Assembly: GCA_053919585.1 (NCBI GenBank)
Contig: CM132792.1
Direction: 5' to 3' (one strand)
DNA from: Euprymna scolopes
Taxonomy: Eukaryota
DNA: 64,000 nucleotides
Below, one piece after another: positions 37,960 through 49,170 of this stretch. The translations under genes were made by a program, and so were the position numbers. How positions within the stretch are numbered: the stretch's first letter is position 1; each line of letters begins with the position of its first letter. Under the pieces are notes generated by a model that searched no databases, was not told the origin of the DNA, and saw nothing but the letters and a program-made list of their open reading frames with translations.

Positions 37960-38530
37960 TACTTACAGGGCGACCCGATGTTGCCCGGGATTAAATTGTC
38001 ATCAAAATCGATAAAATGCCTCATCTTCCAATCAAATCAGTTGACTGCCTGTTCTAATTGGGGACCCTCCGCGATTACTTGGAGGAAGCTTCACATGCTT
38101 CTCACAGTGACTAAGTTCCCAATACATTGTACGGTAGAGAACCTATTGTTGATTTTATAAAATTATTTTTATATATAATGGTTTGCATTAAAATTGGAAA
38201 TGCAAAAGTCAAGTATCAGGCTTCAATTGTGCTCTAAACAGAAACATCCATTTCGAATGCGCCCTTGTCATATCAAAGAACATATTGCTGATATGCCTCG
38301 CATTACTGGTTGTGCGTTGATAATGGCCTGAATTGAAGTGTAAAATGAAAAAGTCAAGTATCATTGTGAAATTGTGCTTTAAACAGAAACCTTCATTTTG
38401 AATGCGCCCCTGTTATATCGAAGAATCTACTGTTGATTCTATATGTTGGTCCTTTCGGCTTGTGTGGTAATACACCTTATCAAATGCACTTGTGATGTTA
38501 GGCTGTGTAAGATGTTAGCGTTGTCAAATC
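37960..38530 (-). mobile_element. Helitron H1
   Basis: CCCGGGCAACATCGGG hairpin; body homologous to 4792 and 43561. Confidence 0.75.
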
Positions 38531-38675
38531 GCCTGTTTGCGAAAAGTGTGTTTGGACATATATAGGTAAAATCTACGTGAATAAATTTCACGTGGCGAAG
38601 CAGGCCTCTGACGTTATCAAGAAAGGAGATTCTCAATATATTGAAACAGGGTTCGAAGTTAAAGAGAGAGTCAGC

Positions 38676-39439
38676 TGTATACAAATCCCAAGAGTGATAG
38701 TAGCCTTCTATCATGTCTAAAAGTGAGGGAGATCGGAGATGCATCACTGTACAACTCATGTTTTCTACCGATCCAAGTTATAACAACAGGACATTTGCCA
38801 GCATCCTCAAAATGCAAATCCAGATGGTTCAATGCTTCAGGGCACAGCTCAATGAAATTTCCAGCCACGGTTATGGTCTTTGGTGTGATTTCAAATGAGA
38901 GCCACATCATGCCGCCTCACATCTTTGAAGTCGGCTTGAAAATCAACTCCAAAATGTACCTGGATATGCTGAAGAGTGTGGTGATCCTCTGATGCAATCA
39001 AGTGGTCGCTGGCAGACCCTGGGTATGACAGCAGGACTCGGCGCCAGCCCACAAGTCCAAAGAGATCTAGGCCTGGCTTCAGAAGGAGTACTACAACTTT
39101 GTACCCTTGGCTCACTGGCCCATCGCCTACCCTGACCTGACCCCACTGGACTACTTTGTTTGGTCATATGTCGAGAACGGTACCAACATGATCTTCCACA
39201 AACCAAAGTCAGCTTGATCGCCGCCATCTGCCATGCTCCCGCCGGCACTTATGGAAAAGGCATGCTCCCAGTTTTGGATCCGTGTCGAGGTGGTGATTGA
39301 GACTGAAGGTGGCTACATTGAATAGATGTCAGCTCTACTACATAATCAAGTAATCTGAAATGATTTTTTTCAGTAAAAGTTTTAAGATAAAGTTGTAGTG
39401 TTGTTTTCTTTAAGGCAACACTTTTTTTGTTCCACCCTG
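38676..39439 (+). mobile_element. DD37D (maT) transposon, second copy, left end lost
   Basis: Colinear with 22630-23391; KFPATVMVFGVISNESHIMPPHIFEVGLK; right TIR TTCCACCCTG|TA. Confidence 0.88.
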
Positions 39440-41049
39440 TATATAATTTCTGGTGCTGCACTTCCTCTTTTCTGGCCGTATTCAATGAAGGCAAAATCCT
39501 TCTAGACGGGAACGGTTTAAATTTTTGTACCACTGGAGACTGTACTTTTTGGGGAGCTGTATTTTTTTCTAAACCCGACCGTGTATCTGTGCCCTAATGG
39601 GGAGGTAAGAAAATACATAGAGGCTATATTTCTTGGAGTTTCAGCTATTTTTTCATATTATTCCATCTGAAAATTGGAGAGCTTATGAGAGAAAACATTT
39701 TAAGTATTTAAACGCAATATGGCGTAAAATTAGGTGGCTAAAATTCAGCAAATTGTTTAGGTGTGATTCAAATAATTCAATGGCTTTTTTGTAATAGAAT
39801 GTTTTTGTTTTAGTTTTTATGTTTATTTTCTCCTTTTAAACAATTTCGCTTCTTCAAAACCAACATAGCGAGTTACATGTGTTATAATGACTAACTCGTA
39901 AATTATCGTGTCCATTAAAATTTGTTTCATTGATTTCCAATGAAGCTGAATTTCAACCTGAGTAGCATACTTTGAGTCCTCGACTGAAAGTACGAAAACA
40001 AAGTGTTTCAATGTAAGGACCATAAGGCATTGGAATAGATGCCGGGGGTTAGTGAATTCAAAATCAATCAACAACTAATCCACTTTAATCTGTAATAAAA
40101 AGATATCAAAACCAGGTAAAATAAAAATAACAAGTCTATTTATTTATTTTATTTGTACTCCAACGTTTTTGTAACTTTTTGTTTTTGCTTTTGTTTTTTT
40201 TGTTTTTTTTTTTTTGTTGTTTTTTTTTTTTGCTGTTTTGCTGTTTTTTTTAGATGTGAATTTGATGAAGTATAATTCCCGTTGATTAATTGAATGGGGG
40301 AGAAGTGTTAGTAGATTTTTTGACTGAGTGAAATATTTTCGCATTTTTTCTAATTATTACTTGTTTGGGAGAGTCAGTTTGGTCAGAATTAATGTAAGAA
40401 ATGATAAAATAGAATGAGGACAATTGCTAATTTCTGGAAAAATTAATCAGATACTGTCAGGATGCTGGTCATATGGGGATTATGTGTGGCACCTGTGTTT
40501 ATAGATCTATGATGTCTGACTGGAGAGAGAAAATAACAACCTAATTTTATTAGTATAATAGATGTAAATAAAATACATATTCTGCTCTCGTTTTTACGAT
40601 TGAACACTTCCATTGATTTATTTTTTACTGACATGAGGTACACACTATAAATTCGTTGAAAAAATAAAATGTTTAATTGTACGTTCTATTAATATAAGAT
40701 ATTTTATTTAAAATCTATACCATCTTTAGTGTATCTGGGTTTCGTTATTTCGGCCATACATTTTCTGTGTTAGAAACCGTCTTATTATTGCGAGATTGAA
40801 TCTTCAGCACCTTTCAGCAATCGAAAACATCGGGAAAATATCTTCCGATGCAATTATAATTATTTTCATGAATTTATATAAGAATTTGGGTATTTCTTTT
40901 TTTTTTTTTTAAATAACTTATGCATGAAGTTTTTGCTAGTATGAGAATAGAACACGGAAATTAGGCATTCATACTTCTGAACAAATAATAATTAAAATGT
41001 TTTTAAAATCTAGATCTAAATTATGCATAGCATTTACTTTGATGTAGTC

Positions 41050-41087
41050 TCTCTCTTTCTATCTCTCATGTCCTTCTCTCTCACTCA

Positions 41088-41125
<38 letters not shown>

Positions 41126-41196
41126 CTACTTTCTCTCTTTCTTCAGTTCTCCTCTCTATCTCTCTCTCTTCGATCCTGCTTTCTCACTCTCCAATC

Positions 41197-41258
<62 letters not shown>

Positions 41259-41400
41259 GTCCTCCTTTCTCTTTCTCTCTTCCTTTCTCTCCAGTCCTCC
41301 TTTCTCTCTCTTTCTCCAGTCCTTCTTTCTCTTCCCCTCTCTCCTATCCTCTTTTCTCTGCCCCTCCCTTCTCTCTCTACCCTTCTTCTCTTTCTCACTC
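41050..41400. repeat. (CT)n / polypyrimidine tract; similar tract at 33300-33388
   Basis: Direct reading. Confidence 0.95.
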
Positions 41401-42683
41401 GCAAAGTGCGTGTAGCTAATAACAGCAATATTAATTTGCCAACAAGATAATAATCCACGATGTTTGAGAACATAAAATATATTTGCGAAACTTACACACA
41501 AATTCTACATTATAAGAAAGTTCTTATAGTAAGCCATGGCTAGGTAGAAGTCTTTAGCAATTCCTTGCAAAACATTGTGCAAATAACACTCAAGGTGAGA
41601 ACAGTAGTCGACATAATACATACTATCAATCCTCATCTCAAAAATTCAGTTAAATAAATGATATTTCTGAGGATTGTGACGTAGTCTCAGTTACAGACAC
41701 ACACGCGCATGCGCACGCACCCACCAAGTCGCCATTATATAAAAAAATTCTTTATGGCTAGATCTTGTATTTCTTTTGTTTGTCTGCAGTTCGAATTAAT
41801 TAGATTATACTTTCATTATGCAAAAACATGGCACGGTTCGAAAGTCTACGACTGTCACAGCTTAAATTTTTAGTTTGAAAATGGATTATCAAGAACTACA
41901 TTGAAATGAACTAATGAAAAGGCACACATATGCAGACGATATTAGATTTCTTCCTTCATCTTCAAAGATATGCATCTTCTAATTATTTCCAGTGTCTAAT
42001 AAAGACAGACACGCAAAGAATAGATTTTAAATGATAATTACAATATTTGGTAAAATAAATTAATAATTTTTTTAAGCAAACATTCAAGATATTTGTCTTT
42101 CATTTCAAACATTCATATACTAGCGTACATCCTCCATCAAAAATGAGGGGGAAAATGCCTCGCCAGTGTTCACACTCGCTATTTATCAAGATATATCACT
42201 AAAATATTCATATAAAATCATAAACTTTTCACTTTGCAGATTTCGAATTAATGCATAGTTATAACTATATAAAAAAATTCAGCGCCCGGCCATTTCTACC
42301 AAATATTTAGTGGTAACACACTATATTTAAAGACTGGTACATTCTTCCAATAGAAAGAAGAAAAAAAAACACAGGAATATTGACGAGTCATTGTAGCGGA
42401 ATGTTAAAATAATTTCTCTGAACGCTAAAAATCAAATGGCTGTAATTGCTTACCATCTTTTTTTCTCTGCCTTATTGGGGTTCGTTTTTTTACTTATTCC
42501 CCTAAACCAAGGAAGTTGTCACAGAAACGTGAATGTAAAATATTTTCCAACCAATGAAAACCGTTTCAGCTCCAAAAATTAACAAGCACACGTGAAAATA
42601 GTAAGGTAACGCGAAATTAGAAACTACTATAAAAAAAAAGACAAAAAAAAAAAAAAAAAAAAACAGCCTAAAGCTAGACGCAC

Positions 42684-42800
42684 GGAGAATTCACCGGTCG
42701 TAACTTGAACAAGAGTCCAGAACATCTGCTCAGCATCCTTGAAAAGGTTGGAGAGATTGAATGGAGTATTGCCAAAATTATGCCATGAAAACGTTGGTAA
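42684..42800 (-). CDS. Candidate host exon LPTFSWHNFGNTPFNLSNLFKDAEQMFWTLVQVTT(GEFS)
   Basis: TTTTTTAG acceptor; donors GTGAAT (42694) or GTGCGT (42683); open frame; non-repetitive, higher GC. Confidence 0.3.
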
Positions 42801-43512
42801 CTAAAAAATTATTTATATGATGAGGCTGAATTTTATCAAGATTCCTAAATAAAATTAAAAAAAAAAACAAAAACAAAAACACCGAAAAATGAAATTAAAA
42901 CCAAGAAAATAAACAAATTAATTCAATTTTTACTCTATGTATGTCTCTCTCAAACTTTCGTCAGCTGCATCGGATCGGTATCATCTGAAAAAGCACTCCC
43001 CCAAACGCGTAATATCTGAAAATTAGAAAAAAAAAAAGAAAAAAAAAGATTAATTCTGTGATGGTCAACTGGACTATTTCTTGCAAGGAGGGGGGGAGGT
43101 CAAGATTTTTGCAAGTCACATACACGTAGCAAACTAAATGTATGTTTTAAATACGTTATTTTGAGGAGTCATGACGTGATAATATTTACTATAAAATTGT
43201 TATTTTTCTCGATTACCGTAAAAACACATGCTAAATGTACATATATTTTCTCAAATGTAAAAAAAAAACACCTGTGGAGTGGGGGTGGGGGTGATCTATA
43301 GATTGTAGTTTTACTGGCAGTTTAAAATAAATACGTATTTATTATTGTATTATTACTACAAACAGTGGAAGATTTTGTTGTAAACAAAATCAATATAAAA
43401 ATATCATTAAAAGAATCGTTTTTGGCATCGGAAAATAGGCACAATTTTTTCCGATTCAGATACCCCGAAAAGTTCTGATTTTTTTTAAATTCTCGTTTCT
43501 GATTGATCGTCC

Positions 43513-43553
<41 letters not shown>

Positions 43554-43560
43554 ACACACA

Positions 43561-44455
43561 CTAGCAGGGTGACCCGACGTTGCCCTGGATTGAATGATGA
43601 TCAATGAATACTTCTGCTCCTATATTTTTATTGCTGTTGAAATCGGTGAAATCGCCCATTTTTCAATCCACTCGATTAATTGCCGGCTCTAGTTGGGGAT
43701 CCAGTGTGATACTCTGGGAGGAAGCTTCACATTCCTCCCCACAGTGACTTAATCCACAATACATTGTAGTTTACATTGCATTGTAGAGAACCTACTGTTG
43801 CTTTTCTAAAATTATTTTTTATATATAATGGTTTAAATTTCCACTACTAACAATTACTATGATATTGTTCCATTGACTGTTGTACACTCAGTAATCTTTA
43901 TCCTCGAGTGGCCTTCAGGCCTTGATAAATGGTGACTTCTTTGTAAAAAAGAAAAATGATTGTGCTCTAAACAGAAACATTCATTTCGAATTCTCCACTA
44001 TCATATCAAAGAGCCTACTGTTGATTTTATTTGCCTGGCCTTATTGCTTGTGTGGTGATAATGGCTTGAATTTGAGTGTAAAATGGAAAAGTCATAATAT
44101 CATTGTGAAATAGTACTTTAAACAGAAATATTCATTTCGAACGTGCTCCTGCCATATCAAAGAACCTACTGTTGATTTTATATGTTGGCCTTTCGGCTTG
44201 TGTGGTAATAAAACTTCTCAAATGCACTTGTGATGTTAGGTTGTGTAAGGTGTTATCTTTCGTTAAAATCACTTGTTTCTTCTTTCATCGGATTATTTTG
44301 ATTATTGATACTTGTCGAAGACATTCCGACACAAAACCTATCTAAAAACACTGACAGGCACATGAAATACCTCCATGTGAAATTTTATAGAAATCGGCCC
44401 AGTCGTTTTCAAGCCTATAGGAAATGAACTCACACACACAGATACATACACAGAG
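43561..44455 (-). mobile_element. Helitron H1 carrying a CR1 3' UTR insertion (43840-43956, plus)
   Basis: CTAGCAGGGTGACCCGACGTTGCCC end; insert matches the CR1 tail at 26375-26490. Confidence 0.85.
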
Positions 44456-44526
44456 TAATTAAAAAAATTACAAATAATTATAGTAATAATTATACATATA
44501 TATAATTATTACTATAATTATTTGTA

Positions 44527-44583
<57 letters not shown>

Positions 44584-44859
44584 TGCAAACTTTATTAATG
44601 CTCTATATGCAATAATGAACATCTACTATTTTATTAAGACTTTCTATGTTATCCTTGGATACCATCCTTTAAGATATTCTTGAAAATATAAATATATTTT
44701 TATACTAATTTTTGAATATATATAGCTATACAATTTTTGAAATAAACAAGAATTTAGGGAAATTAAATGCTCATAAATGCCAAGTCATCAGATATATACA
44801 GTAAACATTTAGATATCATTCAGTGACAGGGAGTCAGAATATTGTATTTGCACTATATG

Positions 44860-45015
44860 TAAATCCATAATCAGACAACAGCTCAGTTCCCACAGTCAAG
44901 AAAGAGTCAAGTTTCGCCTTCATTTTGGCTCATCAGTTGAACATATCTAAAATTTGGATTCAAAACCCGAATCGCTTACAGAAGAGGCGAGTACTCAGCC
45001 ACTTGAGCAACTACA
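44860..45015 (-). mobile_element. tRNA-headed SINE with hammerhead motif
   Basis: A-box-like TGCTCAAGTGG, B-box-like GGTTTTGAATCC, then GTTCAA CTGATGA GCC AAAATGAA GGC GAAAC TTGA CTC. Confidence 0.7.
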
Positions 45016-45029
45016 CCACACAAAGTCTA

Positions 45030-45240
45030 TTAGCTAACATAGATCAAGCAAACCATGGTGAAGTCCTATCAAGAGACTCTGGTTTGGATATGTTGATGAA
45101 CCCAAATGAGGGTGAAAGTCGAGTCTTGGACTTCCAGTTTGCTGGCTTTTCTGACTGTGTGAGCTGCAGCAGTGTTCTGTCGGTCAATTTAGCTCATATG
45201 CATAGATCGTCATATAATGATTAGATCACTCTGACTGACG
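45030..45240 (+). mobile_element. Second, inverted copy of the same HHR-SINE
   Basis: TTTGGATATG TTGATGA ACC CAAATGAG GGT GAAAG TCGA GTC TTGGAC..TGACTGTG aligns with the minus copy. Confidence 0.65.
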
Positions 45241-45290
45241 GTAAAAGGATTTAATAAGAATAAATGTTTAAATTCAACTGGATCTCTTGC

Positions 45291-45473
45291 GATTGACGGT
45301 AGCCGAATGGTTCGGGTCCTTGCTAATGGAGCCAGACATGACTTCTGTTGTCGGGGTTCAAATCTCTCGACTGGCGTTAATTGTGACACCCTGCACTGAT
45401 GATTCCCAAAAGGATGAAACACGCGTCGGTAGGTATTTGATAAATATTATAGTAAAATAATAATAATAATAAT

Positions 45474-45480
<7 letters not shown>
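45291..45480 (+). mobile_element. tRNA(Leu/Ser-like)-headed SINE with Sm-alpha-like hammerhead
   Basis: A box TAGCCGAATGG 45300-45310; B box GGTTCAAATC 45355-45364; CCTGCA CTGATGA TTCC CAAAA GGAT GAAAC ACGC GTC GGTAGG; (TAA)n tail. Confidence 0.8.
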
Positions 45481-45512
<32 letters not shown>

Positions 45513-45513
<1 letters not shown>

Positions 45514-47015
45514 TAGCAAGAGTACCCGTCGTTGACTGGGTTCAAAAACAGTCTACAGAAAATGGACTGATTTATAAAAGTATGATAGGTTAGGAAAATA
45601 GAGGGTTGTAAAGAGATAGCTTCGAATTTGAGGGTATCAAAACCAAAGCAAAATATGATGAAAGTAAAAATAAAATAGATAAACCACATAATTTATTATA
45701 CCATACCTGTTCACACTGAAACACTTATCACAATATTCTGTGGATCTATATTAAAAACCTTGTTAAACTTTGTGACATATTTCCATTCTATGGAGGTAAG
45801 GTGCGAATGAACATCCTATAATTTTATTATACCATGAAACATAATTATCAAAGTATACTTACGCTGATAGATATGAAAAGTCTTTATTAAAGTCTGTGCC
45901 TATTTCCATTCTATGGAGGTCAGGCGGGCATGCAGACCCCACAGTTTCATTATACCTTCCCTATTTAAGTAAAGCATACTTTTCAAAGTATTATTATGTA
46001 CATCTATATCAAAAACACTTGTAAACGTTTTTTTTTAATTTTTAAATTTTTTATTTCCATACTTTGTTGACCAGGCGCGTACCTCTTTAATGTATCATCA
46101 TAATGCCAGATCAAACATACCCATTCCTGTGTCTCGATACATCTTCTTTCATTATGTGATTAGTTTTCTATAATATTCAACCATATAGGAGCCTATTCGT
46201 GACCAGACACACACACAGACGTTAAGCTTTATATGGTATATATACTAGCAAGAGTACCCGTCGTTGACTGGGTTCAAAAACAGCCTACACAAAATGAACT
46301 CTGATTTATGAAAGTATGATAGGTTATGAAAAGGAAGGGTTGTAAAGAGATAGCTTCGAATTTGAGGGCATCAAAACCAAAGCAAAATATGATGAAAGTA
46401 AAAAAAAAATAGATAAACCACATAATTTATTATACCATACCTGTTCAAACTGAAACACTTGTCACAATATTCTGTGGATCTATATAAAAAAAAGCCTTAT
46501 TAAACTTTGTGACATATTTCCATTCTATGGAGGTCAGGTGCGAACGAACACCCCATAACTTTATTATACCATATTTCTTCAAACTGAAATATAATTATCA
46601 AAGTATACTTACGCAGATAGATATGAAAAGTCTTTATTAAACGGTGTGCCTATTTCCATTCTATGGAGGCCAGGCGCGAACGCAAACCCCACAATTTTAT
46701 TATAGCATCCCTATTTAAGATAAAACATACTTATCAAAGTATTTTTATGTACATCTATATCGAAAACACTTGTAAACGTTTTTTTTTTAATTTTTAAATT
46801 TTTTATTTCCATATTTTGTGGGCCAGGCGCAAACACAGACTCCACAATTTTAATGAACCACCGTTTTGCAGGATCAAACATACGCATTCCTGTGTCTCAA
46901 TACATCTTCTATCATTATATGCAATCAGTTTTTTAAAATAGTCAACCATATAGGAGCCTATTCGTAACCAGACACACATACCCACACACACAGACATTCA
47001 GCTTCATGCTATAGA
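45513..47015 (-). mobile_element. Tandem head-to-tail pair of Helitron H4 (45513-46240, 46245-47015)
   Basis: Both begin ACTAGCAAGAGTACCCGTCGTTGACTGGG on plus; internal CCATTCTATGGAGG subrepeats. Confidence 0.9.
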
Positions 47016-47049
47016 TATGTTTCGTGGTTAAATTTTAAATTCTGAAAAA

Positions 47050-48480
47050 ACAACATATAGAGACATATATTCGATTTAAGAATTTGTTTGACAAAAGGAA
47101 TATATTGAAGGGATTATTTTAATTTCCTTAATCCATGGATTTTCAACAATGGCTCATGTCATCAGAGGAAATTAAATGCGGTTAGCAAAATGTTCAGCTG
47201 CGAATGGACGCTAATTTTGCTTTTCAGCACAATTATTGAAAATAGTTTTTTGAGTGGTTGTGGATAATTATATGGAAAAAATTATATGAAAAGAGAAGTT
47301 GATACAACCTGGGTAATCCATTATTGGAAGGAGTCCAATGTCGTTTGAGGTTATAAATCCAGATGGATAGAAAATAGGCCCAGGGGAGAAAGTAATATTC
47401 CCATATAGCAAAAGCGTATTGCTCTTTATTGATTTTTCGAAAAGTATACAGGGCAGCCTTATTCGTTGTTGCGTTGAGTGTGTGTTGGTTGATGTAGTCC
47501 AAATACTTTCTCGGTGTTGACAAAGTATATCCGATATTGGGTGGATATACCATTCCATTGTAATTATCCCCGTGAGTAATAGAATTTGAGCATTGAATTA
47601 TGTATGCAATGGACCCCGAAATCAATAGTATAGGTAGCAAAATAGCAAAATAATCCTGGAGATGATATTCAGAACAGTGCGTTGGACGGCTTGCTTCTAG
47701 TGTGAATCCTGGTAGAAAGATAGTTCACTTTCTTGTTGATAGTGGGTGAGGGAAGCCTTTTAGATGAGGGAAAGAGGAGAGTGGGGTGAAGTAGAAAGAG
47801 TAAAGAGAGAGGGGGGAGGGTTAAAATTGGGAAAGCATACAGGTTCTTAATGGAATTTTTTTGGCGGAGAGGAGGTATTGTATTTTAGTATTCTTTAAAA
47901 GGGTTGACCTCTTGATTTTAAGTTCAAATGGGAAATAAATATTCTTGTGAATTTCGATGGGAGTGTGCGTGATATGGGGTGGGTGTGCTGTTTTTGCTGT
48001 GCGAATGGGTGAGCGAATGAGGTGGAGATAGAGAAGAGTCATGGTCTGAAATTTTGGAATGCTTGGAGGGTTACTTATTTAAGTGAGATTAAGCTTGGGT
48101 TCTTTTAATTTTGAGTGTATATTTAAAGGTGACTTTATTAGTTGAGATAAGTCAGTTCATTACGCTTGTTATTGTAGTGTGATCTGGTTTAATTAAGTTT
48201 GTTTAAATTTTATTTAAAATACATATATTTCTGTTTGGAGGTGATCTATGGATGGGTTTGTTTTGTTGTTCGTCGAGTTGGAATTGATGTTTGAGTGAGT
48301 GCTTTATATACTGTGGTTAATTAGCCATCTTTATAATGGGGAGAATTGATTTAAATGTGGGGCTGGGTACTTAAACACGAACCTTATATATTGCTCTATT
48401 CTTAAATATTGAGCTTTTCCTTTTTAGCTAGGATCACCTTGAAAGTATTACTTCCAGTAATATCTATCAGGATTTTTCCT
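47050..48480 (-). mobile_element. Decayed PLE: GIY-YIG remnant (47233-47640) followed by a pseudo-LTR with HHR
   Basis: IAYIIQCSN..NIGYTLSTPRKYL; HHR at 47118-47176 just 3' of the stop; upstream boundary uncertain. Confidence 0.6.
47118..47176 (-). ncRNA. Hammerhead ribozyme with palindromic stem III, stem II decayed
   Basis: TTTAATTTCCT CTGATGA catgagccattgtt GAA AATCCATGGATT A^ AGGAAATTAAA; 11-bp perfect stem I. Confidence 0.75.
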
Positions 48481-48497
48481 CTGAATTCTATCAGTGT

Positions 48498-48537
<40 letters not shown>

Positions 48538-48542
<5 letters not shown>

Positions 48543-48721
48543 AGTTATAAAATGTATATGGCGATTAAGCTACACTGAATATTCCGCATTTCATCCACTC
48601 TAGGATTCTTCAGGCTTATGCATAAGCCTGAAGAATCCTAGAAGCCTGAAGAATCCTAGAGTGGATGAAACGCGGAATATTCAGTGTAGCTTAATCGCCA
48701 TATACATTTTATAACTTACTA
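48538..48721. ncRNA. Near-perfect palindrome of two hammerhead ribozymes with intact cores
   Basis: AAGC CTGAAGA ATCC TAGAGT GGAT GAAA CGC GGAATATTCA GT GTA^ GCTT; centre TTATGCATAA; 18-bp tandem duplication in the right arm. Confidence 0.88.
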
Positions 48722-48823
48722 ACTAGCTCTACCTACGTATTGAGCACTTTTGAAGTAAACACTTAAAGTTTACGCATAAATCTATACTTTTGTATATTAA
48801 TTTTATGTGAGTAAATTAAGTAG

Positions 48824-48889
<66 letters not shown>

Positions 48890-48949
48890 CAAGTTGGTCT
48901 CCTCTCAGTGTTTGCTTGTTTTTTTTATCCTTGTTCATATACTGTGACA

Positions 48950-49170
48950 TAGAACTTGAATGCCTACAGTACACCATCCTCAAGATTCTAATGTCTCTTT
49001 GTAGAGTGGTTTGTCAGGGCAACCTGGCGTGAGTATACTTTTCCCTACAAATATTCAAAATCACATAGTATTCGCAGTTCAGATAAGATCTCCTTGTTAT
49101 GGTTAACCCATACTGGCTTTAACAAGGAATAGTGCACCTTTTCCAAGTGATGTTACCTTGAGGTAAAAGC
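48950..49170 (-). mobile_element. SINE/LINE tail family; other copies at 30060-30110(-), 51680-51790(+), 56560-56808(+)
   Basis: CCAGGTTG.CCTGACAAA..TTAGA..CTTGAGGAT.GTGT.CT.GTAGGCATTCAAGTT. Confidence 0.65.

Noticed and set aside
41023-41501. Ser/Leu-rich and Arg/Glu-rich ORFs
   Set aside because: Artefacts of the (CT)n tract
45291-45376. Functional tRNA gene
   Set aside because: A and B boxes are good but acceptor and anticodon stems do not pair; it is a SINE head
47233-48721. PLE with N-terminal endonuclease (Naiad/Chlamys type)
   Set aside because: An HHR lies directly 3' of the GIY-YIG remnant, indicating a C-terminal endonuclease; the 48538 palindrome is a different family
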